64,000 nucleotides of DNA from Octopus vulgaris (taxonomy: Eukaryota), in contig OX597815.1 of the NCBI GenBank assembly GCA_951406725.2, positions 56,916,001-56,980,000 of the forward strand, read 5' to 3'. Position 1 is the first letter of the stretch; each line of letters begins with the position of its first letter. Positions 1 to 11,357 of the stretch are shown piece by piece. The translations under genes were made by a program, and so were the position numbers. The notes below the pieces were generated by a model. It had not been told where the DNA came from and did no database searches. It saw only the letters and a program-made list of their open reading frames with translations.

Positions 1-149
1 ATATGGCATCTACACATGTAAAGAACCTATTCTCCCTGCCACTAAATTCTTTCATTTGAATTATTAGTAGCAAATTCTCCCTCTCTAATTCCCAATACAT
101 CTGTTTCTTTTATTATTCTCTAAACTCTTCCAACCACCAACAGTTGTTT

Positions 150-420
150 GACCATATCTATTCCTACACTGAGAACATTTTTTTCACTTCACCTCTTTTG
201 AAAGTCATGGCTTTTGGTAATTTTAATGCTCTTCTTTGCTTTTCTACTCATACTGATGCTGCCAACACAGTAACCAAAACTTTTGCAACCCTCAACTCTC
301 TGCCTCATCTAGTTTTATCTCTTACAAGTTTCCCTGACCAATACGTAAACACCCCAAATCCACGCTATCACTTTGCAAGATAGCTCTAGTTATCATGGTC
401 CATTTTTATCTCTGCACCTG
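150..420 (+). mobile_element. Degenerate LINE APE-endonuclease fragment
   Basis: ORF 144-383 'KVMAFGNFNA...THTDAA...TLNSLPHLV...FPD' resembles the GDFNAH region of non-LTR exo/endo/phosphatase domains. Confidence 0.4.
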
Positions 421-890
421 CCAGGCAATCATACCAAATGTACCCTGACCCCATCCTATGATGGGGGTCATGTTAATCATGTCCCCTTCAACAGCAAAAT
501 GACACCATTGCATTTATTGCATTCCACCCACTAAACTTTAATAACCTGACACTAGAACACTCACGGTTGCTATAAATACTAGACCATCACTTACAGTCAT
601 ACAAATACTGCACTTTTACTGAGTTATAAAATAGGTAAAATAATCAGTGGATGCAATTTTGAAATGGGAAATCCTTATATTCTCTTGCTAATTACAGCAA
701 ACTATGAAACATTTAGGATTTGATTCTAGGGAACCTACTTCACAAGCACAGCTTGGAAACTACCTTCATTTTCTTTTACCACTAACCTATGTGCCTATAT
801 ATATATATATATATATATTAGACAAAATGAGATAACAAAGCCAAGGCTGTGAGTTTTCAGGACATTTGTAAGAAAAAAGATGTAAATATA

Positions 891-938
891 GTCTTACAGC
901 TGTTTCTGGGATATTATAGATATTCCTTCATTAGAGGT
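891..938 (-). ncRNA. Degenerate minimal hammerhead ribozyme in a Penelope pLTR-like fragment (~820-1060)
   Basis: Minus strand reads CTAATGA-A-GGAATATCtataATATCCC-A-GAAA-C-AGCT-G-TA-AGAC: HHR core with G5>A, a stem II and a palindromic loop III; stem I is decayed. Confidence 0.55.
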
Positions 939-1135
939 GATGTGAGATAGTTAAATAAAGGTAAATATTTGAGTTCGAAATAAGGAATTATTATGGAAAA
1001 GGAGGAGATAGGGAATATAGAGGGAAATTAGAAATAAAAATATGAAATATATAAAAATATATAATATATAGCACTTACTTAGCATTACCTGCCACTCTTT
1101 TGGTCTTCTAGATACCAGTACCTTTCATACCCTTG

Positions 1136-1171
<36 letters not shown>

Positions 1172-1586
1172 ATCATCTTTCTGAGTCACTAAATTATTTT
1201 CCCTCCACCACCATACATCTCATTCACCCATACACATATGTTGGAGGAAGTAAGTTGGAGACTGTACAAGGCAGTTCCTCATCAGTAGAGCTGTCCCTAA
1301 AGATACATGCATACATACATGTATATGTATGTACATGTAATACCTATCATTTTTGTTCTCTAAATTCTAAGGATATAGGTTTCTTTCATCGATGGAAACC
1401 ATTTACTTCCTTGTAGGAAAAATTCAAATGAATAAAAAAGATAACATGTTTGTACACACAAACACACGAGTACACACAGACACATACTCACTTGGCATCA
1501 GCAATCACATGTTTAGGGTGGATAGTCATTGAATTTACAATGAATACTATCCCTAACATTAGTGCCTGTCAACCTTGTTAAATAAC

Positions 1587-1875
1587 TGTGATGTGAAAGG
1601 AGGAAAAAACTGAAGCAGAAAGAGAATTACGCTAGTCTTACCTGTCTATCTGGAAGAGTCACTCACAACGATCATGTGCCCTGTCTGCCGCTGTACCGTT
1701 TAACAGGTCTGCTCTTGTATGCTGTCCACTGCCAACTGATCGCTCGTGCCTCACCGACCTCACTTGCATGCTGCAGCCCTTCTGGTGGAACCCACAGGCC
1801 CAACTTCCTACAGGACATGCATACTCCCTCACTTCCTGTCTTTCCCTACAACACAGCCTGGCTCATAACATTACA
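1587..1875 (-). repeat. 3' LTR of Gypsy-type element
   Basis: Ends TGTGATGT...ACATTACA form short inverted termini (TG..CA). A G-rich tract precedes it on the minus strand, immediately after the integrase region. Confidence 0.6.
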
Positions 1876-4842
1876 TGCCCCAACTGATCTGAAGATCATT
1901 CAACCAACCTGCCCACACCCTCTTCTCAACTCTGACCACACACCTTAACTTGTCTTATAATCAGCCAACCAGTGGAGAGGGCACCACTCCCTCTGCGACT
2001 ACCGTGAAACTTCAGGACTGGCCTCAGTCCCTGGCATGTTGCTGCTGGCTTTGTCCTCTTGTCCATTACTATTGGTTCCATCCTCCATTGCATTGACGAT
2101 CCTGCACACATCCAAAACATGATGTGGTATGCCATCTACGGGCACATTATTCCTCGAATTAACAGAAGTTATTGTCTCCTTTCCATATTGTGATGTGCAC
2201 CGCACATATGGGAGTTTAACCCAGACTTCTTCCCCAACCTGCAGAAAGGCATGCTCTTTCTCTTCAGTGGCAATGTGGTACATGGATGTCTCCACTTGTA
2301 CTTGAATATTGCCCTGTGTGGCACTGACTCCTCTGCCTGGGCAACATATTGTACCAAAAAATGGCCTCAACCAGTGGGATGTGCCCCCTCCTCTGCTATG
2401 GTCTTGATGGTGCGATGATGCCTCTCCACAACCCCATTGCCTCTTGGTCGGCATGCTGCCCCGAAGAAATGGCTAACATATCACCTGTCAAGCATTTCCC
2501 TCAGCACCTCCGAGTGAAACGCAGTGCCATTTTCCACTAGCAGCTCATCCACAGGGCCTCATTTTAGGAATATCTCATTTAGTATTCTTGTGATTTCCTT
2601 TGTGGTCCCCCATCTTCATCTCCCTCCATATGGCCAACCGCCCCAGTCTGCAGTCGACCATTAAGAAGTATATCCCCTGCCGATAGTGCATCACATCCAC
2701 TTCCTGTCATTCCCAGTTCTGTTCCACTGGAATGCTTCCTGCCTCATACACACCCGGAGCAGTGTCAATGAACTGGCACCTGTCGCAACTCCCAAACACT
2801 CTCTGCACACCTCTGCCTGGCCAAGTCTGAGTCAACTTTCCTGGCTAGGAACAGGGTCCTGTCCACCTCCATGTGATGCATTGTATGCAGCCTCCTCAGC
2901 TCCACGTCACTCAGTTGACACACTGCAGCCACTCCTTGCTCTAGATCCTCTGGCACTTGCACCCAGGCTTTCTTTACTCTGGTCAGTATGTTCGCTCTAT
3001 TCCCTTCAGAGGGCACAAAAACCACTCACATCCTCAGGTCAAACACGGCAGCTAGCTCACCCAGAATTCCCAAACAGTGTCTTATCAGCCTCTCTGCGCC
3101 CCCTTTGGTTCACACTCTCTGCTCGCCGGTGACCACTGATCCCGACCCATCTAAGTACAGTGGCCGAATCAGTCTGGATCTCGATGGCATGCAGCCCCCA
3201 CCTCAGGGCCAGGTTCAGTTGCTTCCACACTGCATCCAGCTCCACCATGTTAATGTGGTTGCAGTCGTCCTTCTTCCTGAGCCAGGCTGCATCCTCCACC
3301 ATGACACATCCAAGTTCCAGGACAACTCCCATTGCTATGCTGCTAGCATCACACCACAAGATCCCATTCTTCAATTTGGGCACATACCAGTTTCCTCTTA
3401 CTGGGTCCTCCACAGTCACTCTCACCAAGACTTCTTACATCATGGCAGTTGTCTTCTTGTCCACATTGTCATTCCACCTCACTCCTTCAGCTCACCTCTT
3501 GATAAAGCTGCATGCTGTCTAGAGCCATTCTGCAATCAGGTAGTATCCCAGCAGCTTCCCACACACAGAAAACAGTTGTCTCGGAGCCCAGTTCTGGGAT
3601 CTCATTCCCTCTCCAAAACACCAACCCACCAGCCTTGTCTCTCCATAGTTTGAGTCCCAGTGCAGCTCTTCCTTCCATCGCCTCCAGTGATTTGGCAATT
3701 AGTCCAAAACTCCTCAGGTGGCTTATGACCTCCTTTGCCGACATGATGCTCTTGTCCACCAGGACATCATCAATATAGGAATTGGTGGCTCTTTTCACTT
3801 TGTCCGCCTTCCCCAGGTCAGTTTTGAGAATCATCGCCATAATCTTCAGTGCTGAATCCGAATCCCAACCTAGTCAGGCACTATGTCTAACACTTGTACC
3901 TTACTAGCTGATATTTCCACAGTCTCATAGCCACATGCAGCTGCAGGTATGCTAACTTCAAATCGATGATTGTGGAGGCCCCTATCACCTGCCTCCACTC
4001 TCTCAAGGTTTCGTTACAAATGTCTGTGACTTTGCCACCTGTATGGTTGTTCAGCTCTCAGAAATCTATTACTGGCCTGACTTTATGCTTTGTCGGCTGC
4101 ATCCACTCTCCACTTCCTCCTTCCAAGGGATCAGAATGCTTTCCTTGATCCACCTCTCCCTTGAACTTGCTTCTGGCACCCCACTTTCAGAGTATGCTGA
4201 TAGCAGCCTACTGTGTTTTTCAACATCAGAGGATCTCCCTTCCAGTACTATTCCACTGTCCACTGTCTACTGGGGCTTGTGATACCTTCCCCCCATCATG
4301 ATGACAACTAATGGCAACGACTGTATACACACTTGTAATCTTTCGACGGGACAACTACCAGTGCAGTAGTCTTCCTTAGACCGTTTCCCTGAACACATTC
4401 ACTAGAGATGTGGCCTGTTTGTCTACATCTATAGCAAATTACTCCAGGCGTGGGTTCCTTGCAGTCTCTCACCATGTGTGAACCCTGACACCGAAAACAC
4501 CTGCCCTTTAAAGGGTTGCGCACGTTCCTTATTTGACCCCTTCTCATTGCTGCAGTCACTGCTAAAGGTGTCATGGAGTGAATATTCAGCAGCTTTTGCA
4601 GTTTGACCGACATGTGGTCAGGAAATCCAGTCACAAATGCTAATTTAATGGTTTGTTCCAGTGCTTTATCTTTGTATCTCACAAGTCTGGCCAATCTCCT
4701 TATTTCATTGGTAAACACATCAACCTATTCATCTGTCCACTTCGCTTTCCCTTTTCAGCCAGACGTCTGTTTTTTCTGTGCTTAACTGGTCCTTCCCCTC
4801 CATTTCCAGATATAGTTCCAATGCTGATACGTCAAGGTACAA
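1587..4842 (-). mobile_element. Decayed Ty3/Gypsy-type LTR retrotransposon (gag-RT-RNase H-integrase), 5' LTR missing
   Basis: Gag CCHC knuckles (CFRCQGSHMVRDC, CYRCRQTGHISSEC; 4308-4718), RT 'YIDDVLV' (3487-3840), RNase H 'LWCDASS...HINMVELDAV...TDSATV' (3057-3428), integrase HHCC 'HTMHHM...' (2765-3025). Many frameshifts. Confidence 0.9.
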
Positions 4843-5205
4843 TATATCAGTGCTGTCATAGGTCCCCATTGCTATGTCAAAAGAGCCCACGGGGTCAGTT
4901 TGCTTGACCCAGGCTGAATCTTTTATTGAACAGTAACATTTTCCTGGCATGCATGATGACATTTATGTCCCTGTCGCTAATGTCAGTGAAGCCCCCTAGC
5001 AAAAGAAAGTGCCTTGGGTAAAAATTGACTATGTCGAACTGGCTAAACCTTGTTTTGCCTCTTCCCTTGTTGGTACTAAACCATGTAATCACATCATTTG
5101 TGCTGTGCCATAGGGAGAGGTTGGTGGCTCTCCTTATGTCATTGTTGATGTTCTCCAATATGTGCTTGCTCACCAGACCAGTCTCAGATTTAGCTGGGTG
5201 TAATG
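4843..5205 (-). mobile_element. Penelope-like RT fragment
   Basis: 'SKHILENINNDIR...LWHSTNDVITWF...FSQFDIVNFYP', 'HARKMLLFN' and 'WVKQ...FDIAMGTYDS' are PLE RT motifs. Confidence 0.8.
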
Positions 5206-5822
5206 TTGTTTTCTGTGTAATGTTGTTTTCCTTGGTCTACCACATGTGACACCTGAAGGAGAAAGGGATTCCATACATAATCCCATGGAAGATCCTAGAA
5301 AAACCAGGCCCCCTACATTAACAGGAGCAAGAGTTGCAAGTTGTGCATAGCTGAATGGGTGAAGATATTAAAGAACTTCCTTGACCCAGGGAACATCTTA
5401 GATTCCAGGATGTAAGTCTTCAGACTCTGCTTATACTTCAGGCGATTCCTACTGAAATCCTGGGACCCAGAAGTAGACTGGGTAGATTCCAGATAGCAGT
5501 CTAAGGGAGATAATCCCATGCACTTGACTCTTCACCTTTGTCTGTAGGTTCAACAACTAGCCACAAAGTCTTTTCTCTCTTCACTTTGAAGAGAGGTTTT
5601 TGGTCACTGGCCTTTAGGGTTTGATGAGACATAAAGCTAAGCACTTTATGGATATGAAACCCTCGGTAACCCCATAGACTGGTCATAACTATCTTTATCT
5701 AAACACTCTACTGCTCTATAAATTATAGTGTGCTTCTCTTTTGGATTTATGATTTACTGATGATATATACATATATGTCTTGCAAACAAGACATATATGT
5801 ATATATATATATAGATATAGAT

Positions 5823-5881
<59 letters not shown>

Positions 5882-5884
5882 TAT

Positions 5885-6042
5885 AAGTAATGTTTGTTGT
5901 CACCACTTCAACAAGGGTGCTCCATTTGAACAGATGTTACTGCGATTTTTTAACCCCAAGAAGACATTTCCTGGGGTTAAAAAGTTGCAGTAACATCCTT
6001 TCAAACAGAACAGCCATCTTGAAGTGGCAACAAACATTACTT
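5885..6042. mobile_element. Palindromic (foldback) MITE-like element
   Basis: The arms are reverse complements: AAGTAATGTTTGTTG...GATGTTACTGCGATTTTTTAACCCCAAGAA against TTCCTGGGGTTAAAAAGTTGCAGTAACATC...CAACAAACATTACTT. Confidence 0.75.
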
Positions 6043-6122
6043 GCCAGTACTACAGCTACTGCATTCATCTCTTACAGAGATTTTAGGACTAGCTTATTTG
6101 CTTATATATATATATGTATGTG

Positions 6123-6168
<46 letters not shown>

Positions 6169-6171
<3 letters not shown>

Positions 6172-6326
6172 TCATCATCATCATCATCATTTAACGTCCG
6201 CTTTCCATGCTAGCATGGGTTGGACGGTTCAACTGGGGTCTGGGGAGCCCGAAAGCTGCACCAGTCCAGTCAGATCTGGCAGTGTTTCTACAGCTGGATG
6301 CCCTTCCTAACGCCAACCACTCCGAG
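6169..6326 (-). mobile_element. RTE-LINE 3'-tail/SINE-like copy with (GAT)n tail
   Basis: Matches the 3' end of the RTE at 28190-28352 (GGTTGGCGTTAGGAAGGGCATCCAGC...GGACGTTAAATGATGAT) and sits in a (TA)n tract. Confidence 0.85.
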
Positions 6327-6576
6327 ATATATACATATATATAATAAACTAACAAATGTATGGTAAATAAACAAATGACATGATGTATACTGAGTGTTCA
6401 ACTGGGCAGGAGACAAACACAGAAGGTCCCTAATTCTTCATCAGTTACCAACCAATTGGTAATAATCAGTTTAACATGCCATTTCTGAGAAAACTTACAC
6501 GTGTGTATGTATGTATGTATGTATGTATGTATGTATGTATACCAAAACAATGTATACGCACTTCAGGAAAGGAAAA

Positions 6577-6850
6577 ATCATCATCATCATTTAACGTCCG
6601 TTTTCCATGCTGGCATGGGTTGGATGGTTCAGGGAAGCCAGGAGGTTGCACCAGGCCCCAATCTGATCTGGCAGTGGATGCCCTTCCTAACACCAACCAC
6701 TCCGAGAGTGTAGTGGGTGCTTTTTACATGCCAATAACACAGGGGCCAAGGGAGCTTTCATCGACCACAATCAGATGGTGCTTTTTATGTGCCACTGGCA
6801 TGGAAGCCAGTCAAAGTGGAACTGGCATCGGTCACGTTCGGATGGTGCTA
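6577..6850 (-). mobile_element. RTE-LINE 3'-tail/SINE-like copy
   Basis: Same tail plus GGCA(C/T)GTAAAAAGCACC repeat units. Confidence 0.8.
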
Positions 6851-7646
6851 TGCCTGACCAGTAACAGTATCTTCAAAGAAAAATGGTCTCGTTAAACCTC
6901 TAGATGACACACCACACTAGACATTAACACCCAGTAAATTGACTGCTTTGTCCACATGCATGTGAAGATTTTCTGATGAGTTAACACAATTATGTCAGTT
7001 CACTATTCCATTTAGCTTAAATTGTGCTTCATTAGACCATAAAATCTTTCTCACCAGCTCTTCATCCTTGCCTTCAATGTGTTGAAACCACTCACAAAAC
7101 TGGATTCTTCTATTTTGAACTGTCTTCATTAATTGCATATAATAATCTCTTTTAAGAATGCACCATATGTTTGTACTGCTTCTGTTTCATGTGCAGATTG
7201 TATGATAGACTTCTGTGGCACCATTGCTGAGGAAATAGCACTTGTTGCTGTACAAGGTCTGCTGGATTTTCCTTTATGCACATCACACACAGTACCATGT
7301 GCTTCAAACTTAACATGAATCTATGAAATTGTCAAATGTGTTGGAGTTTGTGTTTCAAACTCACAGCTCCAAAATCTTGGGACTTCAACAACATTCTCAA
7401 ATTTGAAATACCACGTTAAAATAATCTTACATTCCTTTAAAACTGATCTTATGTTCCTCAAATGATAATCATGTCCTCTATGTTGTAGACATCACTTGAT
7501 GCTACAGCTATGTTGGTAATGCCATCTGTTGAGAAAATGTCATACTACAGTAAACAGGGTTATTGCAATTTGATAAAACAGTGTAAGAGATATTTATATT
7601 ATTTACATTATTTACATTTGACAGATATTTGTTCTCATCTTGTTGT

Positions 7647-7694
7647 TAACATAACGTTTCGGCTGATATACCTTCCAGCCTTCATCAGGTGTTT
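7647..7694 (-). ncRNA. Minimal type I hammerhead ribozyme motif
   Basis: AAACAC-CTGATGA-A-GGCTG(gaaggtatat)CAGCC-GAAA-CG-TT-ATGTT: intact CUGAUGA/GAAA core, 5-bp stem II, palindromic AACGTT in place of stem III, stem I AACA/TGTT. Confidence 0.75.
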
Positions 7695-7941
7695 GGGGGA
7701 AAATTCGAATCTGGGTTCTCGTTCCTAAGGTATTTTTCGATGTTATTATTATTATTATCATTATTATCATTATTATTATTATTATTAGTCAGGTCATATG
7801 GTGTAGTGGTTAAGAGCGTGGGCTACTAACCCCAGGATTCCAAGTTTGATTCCAGGCAGTGAACTGAATAATAATAATAATAGCAACAACAACAACAACA
7901 AATACCTTAGGAATGAGAACCCAGGTTAAAAATTTCCCCAT

Positions 7942-7988
7942 AGATACCTGATAAAGGCTGGAGGGTATGTTAGTCAAAACGTTCTGTT
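7942..7988 (+). ncRNA. Degenerate copy of the same hammerhead motif
   Basis: GATAC-CTGATAA-A-GGCTG...TAGTC-AAAA-CGTT-CTGTT, with core G8>A and G12>A substitutions. Confidence 0.55.
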
Positions 7989-8385
7989 AACAACAAACAA
8001 GTGTAAATAATGTACATAATTCCTCATCTCTTAAATATAGAACAGAGATATTTATATTTATAGAGGTACTTATATGAGTTAAATATTTATACAGATTTTT
8101 TCCTTTCCTGAAGTGTGTATAAGTTTTTTGGCAGAATCTGTACATAGACAATAGGTGAGATAGGTATGCGGAGTGTAGAAAACACATAGTAGTGCTCAAA
8201 TTAATTTTATCTCTAACTCTGAATTCTTAATCCAGGGTAATGTCAAGAAAAGCTATAAGACAAATCCAAATTGGACTGAAATGGAGGTAGTAATGCAGAT
8301 AAACACAGTTAGCCTAAGTTATAAATATATCTACATGGATCACAAAAAATATAGAATAAAAATATGAAGAAAATATGCAATTTCT

Positions 8386-8508
8386 TAACTTGACAGCTGT
8401 TTCAGGAAAATCAGAATTAAATTATAATCATAATTTGCTGATGAAATGTGCATGTATTGGTATGTAATCAGTAACCAGTTACAATATGTCTGGATTCCTT
8501 CATCAATA
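8386..8508 (-). ncRNA. Long-loop-II hammerhead motif in PLE1 pLTR (degenerate)
   Basis: TTGATGA-A-GGAATCCAGA...(~75 nt)...TCTGATTTTCCT-GAAA-C-AGCT-G-TC. Its 3' half recurs at 15759-15787 on the + strand. Confidence 0.55.
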
Positions 8509-11163
8509 GAACATTGGCAAATATGGTTTATATAGTAGTATTACCTAAATCATGTGGTTAAAGGGAGGGAGGAAGCAGAAAGAGATCAAAGGTGAGGGGG
8601 AAAAGGTAGGAGAGCTTCTAGGACATAAGAAGAAAGGAAGAAGGATAGAATACAAGAAATAGAGAAGAAAGAGTGGGGTGAGATAAAGTTAAAATCATCC
8701 TTGAGAAAGCAAACATCATGGGTGGTCAAGTTAAGCATACCATAAAGCAGTTAGGAATGTCAACTGACCAGAAAAAGAAGCAGGAAGAGATAAGCATTGA
8801 ACTAAAAGAGTAGGTGTGGGGGTACCATTGGAGAAAAGTATGTTGATTAATGCTATTTTTAAAAAAATTGAAGGTCACTGAAACTGATTTCTTTCAAACT
8901 TTTCATGCTAAATGGCCTTCATATGAGACCTTTAAATATGAAATATTTTTTACTTGACTCCAATATTTGCTGAATTATGACCATTTGAAATTTTGAAAAA
9001 AAGTTACATTTTTTCAGTTACTCCAATAACTTTGAGAAATCATATCTCGTCTACTACTTGAGCTAAAAAGCTCATCTTTTTCTTTTTTTTTTCTTTTTTC
9101 TTTTTTTTTTTACATTTTAAAGCATTTTTAAATAGGTCTACAGCTTTTGTTTAGTGTATTTTTTCCTTACAATAAAAATAATAAAGTTTCATAGGACAAA
9201 AGATGTGGTCATTGATCTTTTTTGAAATTTTGTCCAAATATTTCCCTGATTAGTCATAACTCACATAAAAAAAAATTCATACTAGCATCTCAATAGGAAG
9301 TATTTTTAAAAAATATAATTATAGTGAAAAGTAGTGACATTATCAAACATTGCTTACTAAGCATGACAATTTGAGCTTGAAGGAAACAACTAAGTGCTGA
9401 TAATCAAAATAAGTATTTTTATTATTTCAGTAATAACGTCTACTTTAATTGTAACTACTCTTCAGCTCTGCAACGTCAGTGGTGGCAACGCTATTGCCAA
9501 TACTTAGAATCATCAAACAAATTGTTGGCATCCCCATCACCTAAGGGGCTACTCCTGATAACTTAGCAGATGAAGCCACATATCCCAACCTCCAACTCTT
9601 GCCTTGCTTTAAATGATTAGGTACTTGTTAGATGAAATTCTGAAATCTTCAAAATTTAATGAAACAATTTTCTTGAAATTAATAATTGTGATGCATTTTT
9701 CACTTCTTTTTCTGTCAAACTACATGTTCTTCATGTAGCAGTTCTGGGGATCAAATTTACAAAGAATGTCTAAATAACCCAGTATCCCAGAAAGTCAGAT
9801 ATTTTTATCTGACTTTCTTGGATACAGAAATGATGATGAGGGTCCTTTAGGTTCAAGAAAGGTGAGTTCTACTTGCATAGTTTCTGGGTATGTTTCTAGA
9901 ACACAGGCTAACCACCAGCTACCATCATAAATTGCCGCTACAAACCCTTTTATACCCTCAAATTGAATAGCATCTTGCATGGAGATTCTAATTTTAGTAT
10001 AATTATCTATTGTGGATATCATTTTTACCTTAATTTCTGAAGGTGAGTTTGGGATGCAGCTTTTGTGTCCCTGGAATTGTTCCTGCATTTCTAAATCTCT
10101 CTCTCAATAGATTTTCCTCATTACGCATTTCATCATTTGAGGAATAGATAGAATTAATTCCAGGGATGTTTTACTGACCATAATCATAAAGTTGTGGAGT
10201 CATGATTTGTTCATTGAAAAGGCATTGTAAACTTGCCTGAGCTGCCATTCATTTAATTGTACCTCCTAAGCCATCACAAAGTCCCTTGCCTTGAGAAGTA
10301 GCAAAGAAGGGCCACTCTGCATCAGTTTGGAAAGCTACAGAATGGTAGCATAAATTTATAAAATTTTTACAATTTTTATATTGTGAAGCAGCACCATCAG
10401 AAAAATAGATAATTTTGTTGATATTAAAGGCTTTGCCCCAAAGAAAATCTATCAGCTATTTTTGGAAGAGATAGACTGCTACTGTATCATACTTCAGACA
10501 GTCAGATATAATAACAACATAGATGTTAGTCACATCATTGTTTTGTTTATAATAACAAACAAATGGATGCATAGTGGCTTGGGCATTGCTCCTATGAAAT
10601 CCTTGTACAACATCTTGCAAGATGAATGAATAATTCACTGAAAAATCTGCTATGACTAAAATTTCTCCTTCACTTAAATATTCTTTTCTTCAAGTTCAAA
10701 ATTTAGGTTATTTCTTTGCAATGAATTCATGCATTTTATGTACTTTAAGCTTTTGACAGAAAATTTCAACAAAATCATCTGTTGATTTTAATTTTCTAGT
10801 ATTGTTCTGTCTGCTGTTAGCCATTGCTTATACTGTACTTCATCACATTAAACATTTCATGTAAGAATTTTTTAAGCTCTTCTAGTAAAGAATTACAATT
10901 TCAATAGTTGCCTATGTAGCAGTCATTTGTTGTTGGATTGTAAGTAATTGATTCCAAACATTGTTTATAATCAATCAAGTGTAACTTCATATCCTTGGTT
11001 AAATCAGATAGTTTCATGCCAGAAATCATTAGTTTGACATTCTGATGAATGGTGCATACACATACATTATGTGTACTTGCACTACTTACAAGTATGTATT
11101 CTTTTGGCCTTAGCTCTGCAAATTTTTGGAAACTAATTTTGATTTCAAGATTTTTTGATTTAA

Positions 11164-11357
11164 CCATTTGGCATTCAGATTACTCAGTTAGATGTAATGC
11201 TTATTTATTCACATTGTACTGAGTTTTCAATGATGCAATTTTTTGGTTTTTAGAATGACACTGTATGGTAGGTGTGAGAGGCTGGATCTGGCCAGTTGGA
11301 AAATATAAAAAAGGTAGAATATTTAGGCTGGATATGGCTGGTTTAAACGCTAAAAGG
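11164..11357. mobile_element. piggyBac-type MITE (TTAA TSD)
   Basis: TTAA at 11160-11163 and 11358-11361; termini CCATTTGGCATT / AACGCTAAAAGG. Removing it restores the transposase frame (..SKLF|KSKNLEIK..). Confidence 0.8.

Larger units (their letters stand above)
7601..8043 (+). mobile_element. tRNA-derived SINE with hammerhead-bearing tail plus inverted partial duplicate, inserted as one unit
   Basis: A box TGGTGTAGTGG (7799-7809) and B box GTTTGATTCC (7844-7853), (AAT)n/(AAC)n spacer, tail 7901-8043. 7601-7796 is a reverse-complement copy of spacer plus tail. Perfect 15-bp TSD AGAGATATTTATATT at 7586-7600 and 8044-8058. Confidence 0.85.

Noticed and set aside
5250-5690. Coding fragment of an additional element
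   Set aside because: GC-richer, with short minus-strand ORFs, but no recognisable motif.
6425-6495. Hammerhead on the minus strand (TTACCAA/TTGGTAA hairpin followed by CTGATGA)
   Set aside because: No convincing GAAA plus stem III in register; at most a fragment of a pLTR-type repeat.
7795-7866. tRNA gene (apparent ACT anticodon)
   Set aside because: No proper acceptor stem and a mutated B box; it is the head of a TSD-flanked SINE.
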